This document shows, piece after piece, positions 1-8,746 of a stretch of DNA of 64,000 nucleotides. Location: NCBI GenBank assembly GCA_963668675.2, contig CAXXMB010000002.1, positions 2,752,001-2,816,000 of the forward strand, written 5' to 3'. Each line of letters opens with the position of its first letter. The stretch's first letter is position 1. Origin of the DNA: an uncultured Desulfatitalea sp. (GTDB taxonomy: Bacteria; Desulfobacterota; Desulfobacteria; Desulfobacterales; Desulfosarcinaceae). The notes beneath the pieces were generated by a model. It saw only the letters and a list, made by a program, of their open reading frames with translations, did not search any database and had not been told where the DNA came from. A program made the position numbers and the translations under genes.

Positions 1-382
1 TCGGATCGGTTGCTTTCGGGAGATCCTCTCTCTTCTCCTGATCCGTTTCAGCAGCCGCAATGGCATGAAACGTTTTCTGCGGCTCAAGTCTCAGATCCGT
101 TGGCGCCTGGGGGACTTTAAACTGAAACGGCATTTTAAGCGTGATCAGATCCGATTCATTGCCCACTTCGTCGATGGCGGCAATACCGATCTCGACGGGG
201 CCGTCAACATCGGCCAGGGCTTTTACATCTTCGGGCAACACGACTTCGGTGACATTGCCCAGTTTGACGCTGTTCGAGTTGTAGCTCACACCGCCGTCCG
301 CGGACCAATAGAGTTTGTACCCGACCACCTGAGTCGATGGTGATGCGTTCCATCGCAGCGTGCGCTTCTTGATTTTGGCCAT
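1..382 (-). CDS. Fibronectin type III-like hypothetical protein (3' end runs off the window; absent from the ORF track)
   Basis: Hand translation from ATG 382, with AGGAGG 6 nt upstream: MAKIKKRTLRWNASPSTQVVGYKLYWS...GIAAIDEVGNESD...VPQAPTDL. The LxW...GYxLYW...AxDxxGNES pattern is FN3-like. Frame stays open to position 1. Confidence 0.75.
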   Translation of the reverse strand, partial: MAKIKKRTLRWNASPSTQVVGYKLYWSADGGVSYNSNSVKLGNVTEVVLPEDVKALADVDGPVEIGIAAIDEVGNESDLITLKMPFQFKVPQAPTDLRLEPQKTFHAIAAAETDQEKREDLPKATDP

Positions 383-407
383 TTGGCACCTCCTGTCGTA
401 TGCTGTT

Positions 408-435
408 GGACCGATGACGCGGGGGTCATCGGTCC
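408..435. repeat. Perfect 11-bp hairpin between parA and the downstream gene
   Basis: GGACCGATGAC-gcgggg-GTCATCGGTCC; no U-tract on the minus strand. Confidence 0.6.
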
Positions 436-471
436 GTGGGATTGTCGTCGTCCGATGATCCGGACGTCGAA

Positions 472-1224
472 TCAGGCCAGGGAGTTTTGCCACGTCGGCG
501 GCATGTAGGACTGTTCGTCAAACGACTGCATCATCTCCGGGTCGCTCTCTTCCATCGGCTCTTCCTCGCGGAGAGGTTCATCCGCCATAACCGCCACGGG
601 GGGCGCGGCTTCTATCAGTTCTTCGCAGAGGGCTTCCACCTCTTCGGCGGCTTTGCTGCCCGGTGAATACTGTGTCACGGAGACACCATGCTTCATGGCA
701 TCGATAAAGGCGACGCGCTGACTGAGCTCGCCCTTCATGATCTTTTCTCCGAAAACGGAGAGTTCATCGCTGATCTCACGAGCCACACGCGTGCCGGGGA
801 TCTTCTTGGTGACCAGGAAGTGAACCGACAGATCGGGGTTGCCTTGCCGGCTCTCCTGGATCATCTCCAGGGTTCCTTTGCAGGACCAGATGTCCAAAGA
901 GCTCGGGCTGACCGGGATGATGGCCAAATCGGATAGCGCAAGGATGTTGCGGGTGGTGCCGGATCTGCCCGGCGGTGAATCGATGATCAGATAATCGCAG
1001 CTCTCTGCAAGGAGTTTAACTTCTTCTCTTTTGACGGCTTCAGACAGTTCGATCATTTCAAACGCCTGGTTGTTCTCTACCGCCTGCCAACGGGTGGCAC
1101 TTCCCTGGGGGTCTGCATCGACAAGCACGACGCTGTAGTTTTTCCGTGCCAGACTCGCTGCCAGGTTGATTGCCGTTGTGGTCTTTCCGACACCGCCTTT
1201 CTGATTGACAAAACTGATAATCAT
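472..1224 (-). CDS. parA: ParA-family ATPase (short type) with acidic C-terminal tail
   Basis: Deviant Walker [16 protein letters not shown], Walker B IIDSPP; AGGAGG upstream. Confidence 0.9.
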   Translation of the reverse strand: MIISFVNQKGGVGKTTTAINLAASLARKNYSVVLVDADPQGSATRWQAVENNQAFEMIELSEAVKREEVKLLAESCDYLIIDSPPGRSGTTRNILALSDLAIIPVSPSSLDIWSCKGTLEMIQESRQGNPDLSVHFLVTKKIPGTRVAREISDELSVFGEKIMKGELSQRVAFIDAMKHGVSVTQYSPGSKAAEEVEALCEELIEAAPPVAVMADEPLREEEPMEESDPEMMQSFDEQSYMPPTWQNSLA

Positions 1225-1561
1225 CCTCGGTCATCCTCCTATCCTGTAGGGTTGGCAGATCAACTGATTCCCGTTCCAATATTCCGCACGATGCGAATAT
1301 GTGCTGTATAGGCAGAGGCATGGCGATGAACGCTTCGATGCTGCACATCAATCCTTCATCGCTCGCTTTGAGAAATTCGGCCGATGCTTCCGTTTGTCCG
1401 AACATTCAGAGCTGATACAACTTTTACGTTCCCATCGGGCGAAAGTCAAGCCACAACCACATGATATGGGCATTAAATCCATTAATAGGCCTATATATAG
1501 TAGGCTTATGCGAGGAGTTGATGAGGTGGGATGGAAGTAAAAATGAATTTAAAAATGGTTT

Positions 1562-1960
1562 CTAATCGTCCAGGCAGTAGCACATTTTGTCGGGTATCAC
1601 GCCCCTTACGCCGCCGGTGGGGTTGGGTGTGTCGCCGTCCCGGCGTGGAATGAGATGGATGTGGGCATGGAAGATCGTCTGCCCAGCAGAGGTGCCGCAG
1701 TTCATGCCGATGTTAAAGCCGGTGATGGTGGGGTCGGACGCGTGGAGCTTCTCCTTGAGCCTTCGCAGCAACTGCTCGGCATCCCGGCACTCCGCTTCGG
1801 TCATGGAGAACCAGTCGGCGGTGTGCCGCTTGGGGATGATCAGATGATGCCCCTCAGAGACCGGGAAGCGATCCGCCATGGCCCAGACCGATCGGTATTC
1901 CGCTGCAATCCGATTTTTGATGTCGGCCGCACAGAAGCGGCAATTCCCTTCAGAGCTCAA
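1562..1960 (-). CDS. HIT family hydrolase
   Basis: CRFC at the N-terminus, GHHLIIPKRH, AGQTIFHAHIHLIPRR. Probable TTG start overlaps the NUDIX stop. Confidence 0.9.
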   Translation of the reverse strand: MSSEGNCRFCAADIKNRIAAEYRSVWAMADRFPVSEGHHLIIPKRHTADWFSMTEAECRDAEQLLRRLKEKLHASDPTITGFNIGMNCGTSAGQTIFHAHIHLIPRRDGDTPNPTGGVRGVIPDKMCYCLDD

Positions 1961-2369
1961 TTTCTCCCCCCTGCAGCTTATCGACGAATGGCATGTCCGC
2001 CGGTGAAAAATCGTATCGGCCCAGCTCCCTGATTCCCACCCAGGCAAAAGCGTCATGGGCTCTCAGCGTGATCTCCCCCGATTGCCACGTTGTCCTGTAA
2101 GCCAGCAACTCGACGGAAATATGAGGGTAGTGGAAGACGTTAACCCCCACTCGTTCGGCCACCGCCACTTGGATGTTGAACTCTTCGCGCATCTCACGCA
2201 TCAGGCAGGCCTCTGGTGGCTCCAACCCCTGGATTTTTCCGCCCGGAAACTCCCACTTTCCTGCCAAAGGGTCGCCGGCCGGTCTTCTGGCAACAAACAG
2301 TTTCCCGTCGTTTGCCATGATGGCCGCCGTGACGCGCGTTAACGGCTTATCTTCCGCTTTTTTTTTCAT
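1950..2369 (-). CDS. MutT/NudG-like NUDIX (d)NTP pyrophosphohydrolase
   Basis: WEFPGGK followed by Nudix box GGKIQGLEPPEACLMREMREEFNI. Confidence 0.9.
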   Translation of the reverse strand: MKKKAEDKPLTRVTAAIMANDGKLFVARRPAGDPLAGKWEFPGGKIQGLEPPEACLMREMREEFNIQVAVAERVGVNVFHYPHISVELLAYRTTWQSGEITLRAHDAFAWVGIRELGRYDFSPADMPFVDKLQGGEIEL

Positions 2370-2589
2370 TCGGTTCTTACGCTCAGGGTTCGATTGCGGG
2401 TTTGCCTAACGTTGCGAAAGCCGGGTAAAGATACAAAGAGGGCTCGGTCGTGTCAATGATCGGTGAAAGCTTGATCTCTCGACATCCGGCTCGCCGGCTG
2501 CTATGGTTTCGGAAAAATTCGAATTCTACCTTTTTCGATAGGTTCCCGCGCCGCTGATTGCCTCTTAACCACGGACAAGGAGAAAAAGA

Positions 2590-3246
2590 ATGCCCACCGC
2601 CGCCTCGCAGCAAGCCTTGGAAGGGCTGCGCGATCTAACCACCTTGAAGTGGTATGTCATCCCGATGCTCTCTGTTGTTTTTTACATCTATACCGCTGAA
2701 ATCAAAAAGGCCCGTGCCACTGGCAACTGGAATGCAATCCTGGCCGGACTGACCCTGTTCGGCATGGATTTCATCAACGAAACCTGGAACGGATGGGTCT
2801 TTCATTTCACACAGCACTCCGCCTTCTGGACCGCACCCGGCCCGACGGCGCTGCGCACCATGGTTGGCTGGAACATCGAGATCATGTTCATGTTCGCCAT
2901 TGCCGGCATCATCTATTACAACACCCTGTCGGGAGATCGCCACGCCCGTATCCTGGGGCTCCCCGATCGCTGGTTCTGGGCCATCGGGTACGCCGCCTTC
3001 TGCGTGTTCGTCGAGTGCCTGCTCAACATGGGAGGATTGCTGGTGTGGGAATATCCCTGGTGGACGCGTTCCCTCGCAGGTGTCGGTTTGATTTTCCTGT
3101 TCGGCTACTTTCATTTCTATGTGGCCATTATCATCATGTTGTCATTGAAATCCCTGCGCGCCAAGATCTGGATGGTTGCTTCTTTGTACATCGTGGCTGC
3201 CGTCGCCAATATTATTGGATTGGGTGCAATGGGTTGGGTTTACTAG
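2590..3246 (+). CDS. Polytopic membrane protein, unknown function
   Basis: 218 aa, several hydrophobic aromatic-rich segments, AAGGAG RBS. Confidence 0.8.
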   Translation: MPTAASQQALEGLRDLTTLKWYVIPMLSVVFYIYTAEIKKARATGNWNAILAGLTLFGMDFINETWNGWVFHFTQHSAFWTAPGPTALRTMVGWNIEIMFMFAIAGIIYYNTLSGDRHARILGLPDRWFWAIGYAAFCVFVECLLNMGGLLVWEYPWWTRSLAGVGLIFLFGYFHFYVAIIIMLSLKSLRAKIWMVASLYIVAAVANIIGLGAMGWVY

Positions 3247-3283
3247 TCAGTCAGTTGAATTTTCAATTCAGGAGGATACGGCG

Positions 3284-4306
3284 ATGCAATATACCAAATT
3301 GGGTCATACCGGATTGCAGGTGTCACGGATATGCCTGGGCATGATGACCTATGGCAGTTCCAAGTGGCGCGAATGGGTACTGGATGAAGCGGATACCCGA
3401 CCGATTTTCAAGCGGGCCGTCGAATTGGGGATCAACTTTTTCGATACGGCCGACATGTATTCCGGAGGGATCTCCGAAGAGGTGACCGGCAAACTGTTGC
3501 GTGAGTTCACCCGCCGGGACGAGGTGGTGGTTGCCACCAAAGTCTTCTTCCCCGTGGATCTGGCCTTTGCCGGCAGCTTCGGAAAAACCGCCCCCCAGCC
3601 GCCCAACACCAGCGGTTTGTCACGCAAGCGGATTTTTGCGGCCGTGGATGCTTCACTCCAAAGACTCGGCCTCGACTACATTGACCTCTACCAGATCCAT
3701 CGCTGGGACAACACCACCCCCATCGAAGAGACGATGGAGGCCCTGCACGATGTGGTCAAATCGGGCAAGGTGCGCTACATCGGTGCGTCGAGCATGTGGG
3801 CCTGGCAGTTCGCCAAGGCCCAACACATCGCCCGGACCCATGGATGGACGCCGTTTGTCTCCATGCAGAACCACTACAACTTGGTCTACCGGGAGGAGGA
3901 GCGTGAAATGATTCCCCTCTGTCGGGACATGGGTGTGGCATTGATTCCATGGAGTCCCCTGGCCCGGGGATTTCTGGCCGGCAACCGCACTCCCGAGGAC
4001 AAAGAGGCCGGCAACACAACGCGCTCCAAAACCGACGGGTTTGCACAGTACCTCTACTACCGTGAAGAGGACTTCGAGGTGGTCGAACAGGTGGGCCAAT
4101 TGGCGGCCGAAAGAGACGAAACCAATGCCCGTATCGCATACGCCTGGCTGCTTCATCAAAAGGGGTTGGCCGCTCCCATTGTCGGAGCCAGCAAAATAAA
4201 CCACATCGAAGAGGCTGTGGCGGCCGTAGAGGTCAAACTAAGTGAAGAGGAGATAAAGCGGCTCGAGGCACCGTACAAACCCCATCCGGTGCTCGGGCAC
4301 GCCTGA
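3284..4306 (+). CDS. Aldo/keto reductase
   Basis: LGHTGLQVSRICLG, FDTADMY, DYIDLYQIH, GKVRYIG; AGGAGG before ATG 3284. Confidence 0.95.
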   Translation: MQYTKLGHTGLQVSRICLGMMTYGSSKWREWVLDEADTRPIFKRAVELGINFFDTADMYSGGISEEVTGKLLREFTRRDEVVVATKVFFPVDLAFAGSFGKTAPQPPNTSGLSRKRIFAAVDASLQRLGLDYIDLYQIHRWDNTTPIEETMEALHDVVKSGKVRYIGASSMWAWQFAKAQHIARTHGWTPFVSMQNHYNLVYREEEREMIPLCRDMGVALIPWSPLARGFLAGNRTPEDKEAGNTTRSKTDGFAQYLYYREEDFEVVEQVGQLAAERDETNARIAYAWLLHQKGLAAPIVGASKINHIEEAVAAVEVKLSEEEIKRLEAPYKPHPVLGHA

Positions 4307-4351
4307 TCGCCGCATCAATGGCCAGCTGCCTGATATGAAGGGAGAACGGAT

Positions 4352-4843
4352 ATGGCGAATGCAAGTTGCAGATATGCCTATACCCTCTTGACAACTTTAC
4401 TGACGCTAATTCTCTTTATGGGATGCTATCCCAAGGGCGTGGGGCCTCTCGGCCCGGACGGGGACGCATTGACCTGGTCTGAAATGAATATCGAACAGCG
4501 TAAAACGCACATGAAGTCGGTCGTCCTGCCACGGGCGGCCGCTGTGTTTCGAACCTGGCGCCCGGATCGCTATGCTACCATTGAGTGCAATCTATGCCAC
4601 GGTATCGGTGTCCACTACGGCAATTTTCGCATGCCTTCCGACCACCTCCCTCGGCTCAGCGGGGATTTGCTCCTCACAACCGAGCGCAACAAATACCCAA
4701 AGACCACTCAGTTGAAATTGGATCGCCTGGTGCCGGAAATGGCGGACGCCCTCGGATTCAAAAGCTTCAGCCTGATTACCCGAAGGGGCTTCGGCTGTTA
4801 CTCCTGCCATCTGGGGCCGCAGGGTCCCATGTATGGGAATTAG
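4352..4843 (+). CDS. Putative diheme c-type cytochrome lipoprotein
   Basis: Lipobox LFMGC; two CxxCH motifs (CNLCH, CYSCH). Confidence 0.7.
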   Translation: MANASCRYAYTLLTTLLTLILFMGCYPKGVGPLGPDGDALTWSEMNIEQRKTHMKSVVLPRAAAVFRTWRPDRYATIECNLCHGIGVHYGNFRMPSDHLPRLSGDLLLTTERNKYPKTTQLKLDRLVPEMADALGFKSFSLITRRGFGCYSCHLGPQGPMYGN

Positions 4844-4983
4844 TGGTACCGATTGTTTATCCGGCGTAATGTTGGAGCGACGCTTTGGCCAGCGGGCAAG
4901 ATGCCGATCAAGGGCCTTGCCCATCTTGTTAGATCAATTGACCGTTCCTTTACCACATGTATCGATCCGAAGGAGGCACCCCG

Positions 4984-5139
4984 ATGTCATTAAAAACACA
5001 ACTTTTGATCTACCTGCTGGCCATGGCTCTTTTTGACGTGATCATTCCGATCCCCATAACAGCCATGGCCCTGATCTTTGTGCTTTATCAGAAGCCGAGG
5101 TGGTTCAAGGAGTGGGTCGATACCGTATACAGGGACTGA
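4984..5139 (+). CDS. Small membrane protein (51 aa)
   Basis: AGGAGG RBS; MSLKTQLLIYLLAMALFDVIIPIPITAMALIFVLYQKPRWF. Confidence 0.7.
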   Translation: MSLKTQLLIYLLAMALFDVIIPIPITAMALIFVLYQKPRWFKEWVDTVYRD

Positions 5140-5334
5140 GAGCCGTTCGGCCCCATTTCCATGAGCAGGTTCAAGAATAGTTAGCGATTCATGCACTGCT
5201 ATATGGTTGCTTATCCCCTATTGCATTTTTCCTGATCGGTATACTTGACTTGATCCAATCTCATCCGGTTCTAACAATTCGAATATACCGTTTAATTTTG
5301 TGAGTAATAGATCTGCCTAAAAGGAGAAAGCGCC

Positions 5335-5931
5335 ATGCAACGTATCGATCTGCTTCCCGAAAAGAAAATCTCCGGTACAGGACCTATGGCAGTCGCTTTC
5401 CAGGAGCGCGGGATTCAGCGTTTTCAGGCCGCCTGTGAGTATGTGCACCGCATGCCCTACGGCTATAACTCGGACCGCGACGACGTGATGGTTCTGTTCA
5501 AGGAGGGCAAGGGGAGCTGTGCCACCAAGCATGCCGTCATCGCCACCCTGGCCTCTGAAATAGGGCTTTCAGTGGTCAAGCGTATCGGCATCTATGCCAT
5601 GACCGAGTCCCTGGTGACAGGGGCGGAGGCGATTCTGGAGCGGTATGGGCTGCCCTATGTCCCAATGCTTCATTGCTTTTTGGCGTTCGGCGATGCCTTC
5701 GTTGATCTGACCGCCGGCAACCATAACGGAAAGAACCGAAGCATCGACGTGTTCCTGCATACCGAAGCGGTCCCGCCCAATATCTCCGCCAAGGAGGAGT
5801 ATCTGCGCTACCGCACTGCCCTTAAATCGCTGCTCGAAAGCCGCGAGGAGTTGAAGGGGATCAAGATGAGTACAATCCTCAAGGCCCGGGAAGAGGGGAT
5901 TGTTTTGCTCAGGGCCAATATCGGCGAGTAG
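5335..5931 (+). CDS. Hypothetical protein, probable transglutaminase-like fold
   Basis: GKGSCATKH...LHCFL...FVDLT gives a Cys-His-Asp arrangement; AAGGAG RBS. Confidence 0.65.
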   Translation: MQRIDLLPEKKISGTGPMAVAFQERGIQRFQAACEYVHRMPYGYNSDRDDVMVLFKEGKGSCATKHAVIATLASEIGLSVVKRIGIYAMTESLVTGAEAILERYGLPYVPMLHCFLAFGDAFVDLTAGNHNGKNRSIDVFLHTEAVPPNISAKEEYLRYRTALKSLLESREELKGIKMSTILKAREEGIVLLRANIGE

Positions 5932-5990
5932 GTCAGACCACCCACTGGACCCTCCTCCTTGAGTGGATCTATCGAAACCCGAATGTTGAG

Positions 5991-7751
5991 TCAGCTATTT
6001 GTCAGGTCTTCGGCGAGTTCATTGATGTAGACTTCGATGGCCGTGTAGCCCGACGGCATGACGGTGTTGAAGTCATCAGCGCCGGTGGGATCGAGGCCGT
6101 GGGCCAGCTCCCATGCGTCGGCCATGCCGTCGTTATCACAATCCTGGGGAGCGGGTGCCGGGACGAGGCCCTCCATGTAGTCGCCGGGTTCATAGGCGCC
6201 CCATGTGCCGGTGCCGTCGGTGGTCTCCTGGATGGCCCGTCGGGTGACGGTGTCGCGGGGGAATGCGCCTGCACGCTCCATCACCCGGCCGAATACCTCT
6301 CCCGAGGGGTGCACCGTGGTTTCGGCATAATAGGCGGATCGGCCGCTGAAGTCGAACATGCTGTTGGATCGGTACGATTCGCCCAGGTTGAGGTTTTGGG
6401 AGCACTCGCTCCAGGGGTTGTCCACCACGCCGTCGCAACTGCTGGAAGGGTCATCGATGAAATTGTCGGCCAGAAAGTATGACAGATCAGGGGCGCTGCC
6501 GTTGTCTTCATCATCGAAGTAGAACGGTATCAGCGTGTCGTCGGCCCCATCGATGTAGTGATTGCCGACGATGTTGAACTGCCCCGACGCCGGGTTGTGG
6601 TGCACGAAACCGTGGCGCACGTTGTAGACCACATTGTTGATCACCTCGGAAGGTCCGTTGGCGATTGCCGGGCAGCGGTTGCGGTGATGGGCAAAAAGGT
6701 TGTGGTGCACCGACACGCGCGTACCGGATGGGCCGCTGATCAGGCCGTAGTTGTGCAGTCCTTCCGGATGGCCAGTGGTGCCGGACATCTCGATGGTCGA
6801 CCACTGCAGTGTGACATCCTGAGCTTCGTAGATATCGATCGTTTCGTCCACTCCGAACGCGACGGAGATGTGGTCGAAGATCAACCGGCGGTTTCTGGAG
6901 AACTGGATGCCATCGAACTGCTCGCCGTCGGAGTCGTCATAGGCCGGGCGGATGCGCAGATGGCGGATGATCATGTTGTCGACGCCGTATTGGTAAGCGC
7001 CATATAGGCGACCTTTGATGGTGATGCCGCCCCCCGGAGCCGTTTGGCCGGCGATGGTTACATCGCCGTAGGGGATGCGGACGATATCGGCCTCGATCAC
7101 CCCGCTGACGGCAAAGACTATGGTGCGCGGCGCTTTGACATTGAGGGCCTCCTGGAGAGAGCCGGGGCCGTCGGCCGCCAGACTGGTCACCTTAATGATC
7201 TGCCCACCGCGACCGCCAGTGGCGTAGGCGCCGAATCCCTCGGCTCCCGGAAAGGCTTTCAATCCATTGGTTTGGGCTGCCGACGTTGCCGCCGTGACGC
7301 TGTCGGATCGCTCACTCTCATTGCCGGCGGCATCGTAGGCCGTCACCTCGTAGGTGTAGGCCGTATCGGCCGTCAGGCCGGTGTCCGAATAGGTCGCGGT
7401 TCCCAAGTCTACCAGCGCCGATCCGTTGCGATAGATGGTGTAGCCCACCACCGCCCGATCATCGGCGGCGGCATCCCACGCCAGATTGATCTGAGACGAG
7501 CTGACCGCTTCGGCCCCAAGGTTCAGGGGGGCGGAGGGCGCCTGAACGTCCTCTGTATCAACGATACCTCCTCCTCCCGCATCATCGGCCGGTGCGGTTG
7601 CATCGCTGCCACATCCCATAACGGTCGCGGAAAAGAGAAACAGAAGCAGCGCCAATCCAAAAAGAGACCTTCTTGTCGGCATCCAAGCGTGTGTCTTCAA
7701 CGGTGCACACGTTGCGTTTTGTTGTACGTTTTTTTCCCGTCGTGTAAGCAT
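5991..7751 (-). CDS. Pectate lyase-like (PL1 beta-helix) lipoprotein with FN3 domain; true start may be 7683
   Basis: Lipobox VMGC; FN3 (APSAPLNL...YDAAGNES); AFPGAEGFG...GGRGG; HHNLFAHHRNRCP; DNDGMADAWE. Confidence 0.85.
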   Translation of the reverse strand: MLTRREKNVQQNATCAPLKTHAWMPTRRSLFGLALLLFLFSATVMGCGSDATAPADDAGGGGIVDTEDVQAPSAPLNLGAEAVSSSQINLAWDAAADDRAVVGYTIYRNGSALVDLGTATYSDTGLTADTAYTYEVTAYDAAGNESERSDSVTAATSAAQTNGLKAFPGAEGFGAYATGGRGGQIIKVTSLAADGPGSLQEALNVKAPRTIVFAVSGVIEADIVRIPYGDVTIAGQTAPGGGITIKGRLYGAYQYGVDNMIIRHLRIRPAYDDSDGEQFDGIQFSRNRRLIFDHISVAFGVDETIDIYEAQDVTLQWSTIEMSGTTGHPEGLHNYGLISGPSGTRVSVHHNLFAHHRNRCPAIANGPSEVINNVVYNVRHGFVHHNPASGQFNIVGNHYIDGADDTLIPFYFDDEDNGSAPDLSYFLADNFIDDPSSSCDGVVDNPWSECSQNLNLGESYRSNSMFDFSGRSAYYAETTVHPSGEVFGRVMERAGAFPRDTVTRRAIQETTDGTGTWGAYEPGDYMEGLVPAPAPQDCDNDGMADAWELAHGLDPTGADDFNTVMPSGYTAIEVYINELAEDLTNS

Positions 7752-7923
7752 GAAATCCGTCGTCCAATAGTCTGATATTCTTTAAATACAGATCTATAAT
7801 TCCGAATTCGGCTGAGCTTTGCCGGAAAGTTGACGCAAAAATTGTACCAAAGGTGCCGCCGCGCCAATGATATTGTCCTCGCGCAACTGATTCCTGGTTT
7901 AGTTATCGGCTTCGCGGCTTTTA

Positions 7924-8706
7924 CTATCTGAAATGCCGACTTCTTGCTTCGGATTGCAGGCGCGCAAAATTGCCGCCCACAACAGCGTTTTCTATGTCTC
8001 GATCGAGGCCCATGCCGCAAACTTTGTGCAACTCTTCCGCGGGGTGACCGAAGGGAAAGTCTGAGCCGAAAAGCAGTCTTTCATGGCCGTAATGCAGGAG
8101 GTATTCACGTATCTCTTCACGGGATGCCAGCGCCGTGTCGGCCCAAACATTCTCCATTTCCCAAAGACCCGCTGAGGCGATGGCGCTGAAACCACCGTTT
8201 AAACCTCCCAGGTGCGGAATGATCACCCTGATCCCCCGTGCCATTTCGTGGATGAAGTGCACCGTGTGATCAAACTCTTCTTCGAGTACGATCGGCAGGT
8301 TGCGCCGCCGGATTTTGTCAAGAGCGTGACGGCATCGAGGTTCGTCATAGTGGTAAAGTGGTTCGCTGGCATGCCGGTGCCATTTGATGCCGCGATGTGC
8401 AGATGTCAGCTGTTCGACCGCAAAGTCGTTCCAAATGAAAAAGTAGGGGTAGACGGTCAGTCCGGAAGTCTTCAGGGAGAGCAGGTGGGCGTTGCTCTTT
8501 TGGCGGCGTTTTTGCCAGGAAGGTGTGTCAACGAAGTTGCGGTCATAGCGGTCGTAGATCTCGTAAACCGGAGAGAAAAAGGCCACGCCTTCTATTTCCG
8601 TGCCCTTAATATGCCTAGCGTAATCATCTACGGATTGTGGCCAACTGTCGTCAAGGATGCCGCAATGGGCGTGGGCGTCGATAATGGTCACAGAAGATGT
8701 CGCCAT
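7924..8706 (-). CDS. Amidohydrolase family protein
   Basis: IIDAHAH, IIPHLGG, LLFGSDFPF. Confidence 0.85.
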   Translation of the reverse strand: MATSSVTIIDAHAHCGILDDSWPQSVDDYARHIKGTEIEGVAFFSPVYEIYDRYDRNFVDTPSWQKRRQKSNAHLLSLKTSGLTVYPYFFIWNDFAVEQLTSAHRGIKWHRHASEPLYHYDEPRCRHALDKIRRRNLPIVLEEEFDHTVHFIHEMARGIRVIIPHLGGLNGGFSAIASAGLWEMENVWADTALASREEIREYLLHYGHERLLFGSDFPFGHPAEELHKVCGMGLDRDIENAVVGGNFARLQSEARSRHFR

Positions 8707-8746
8707 TGTTATTCAACTTCCCCTTTTTTCAGGAAATCGACCTGAT

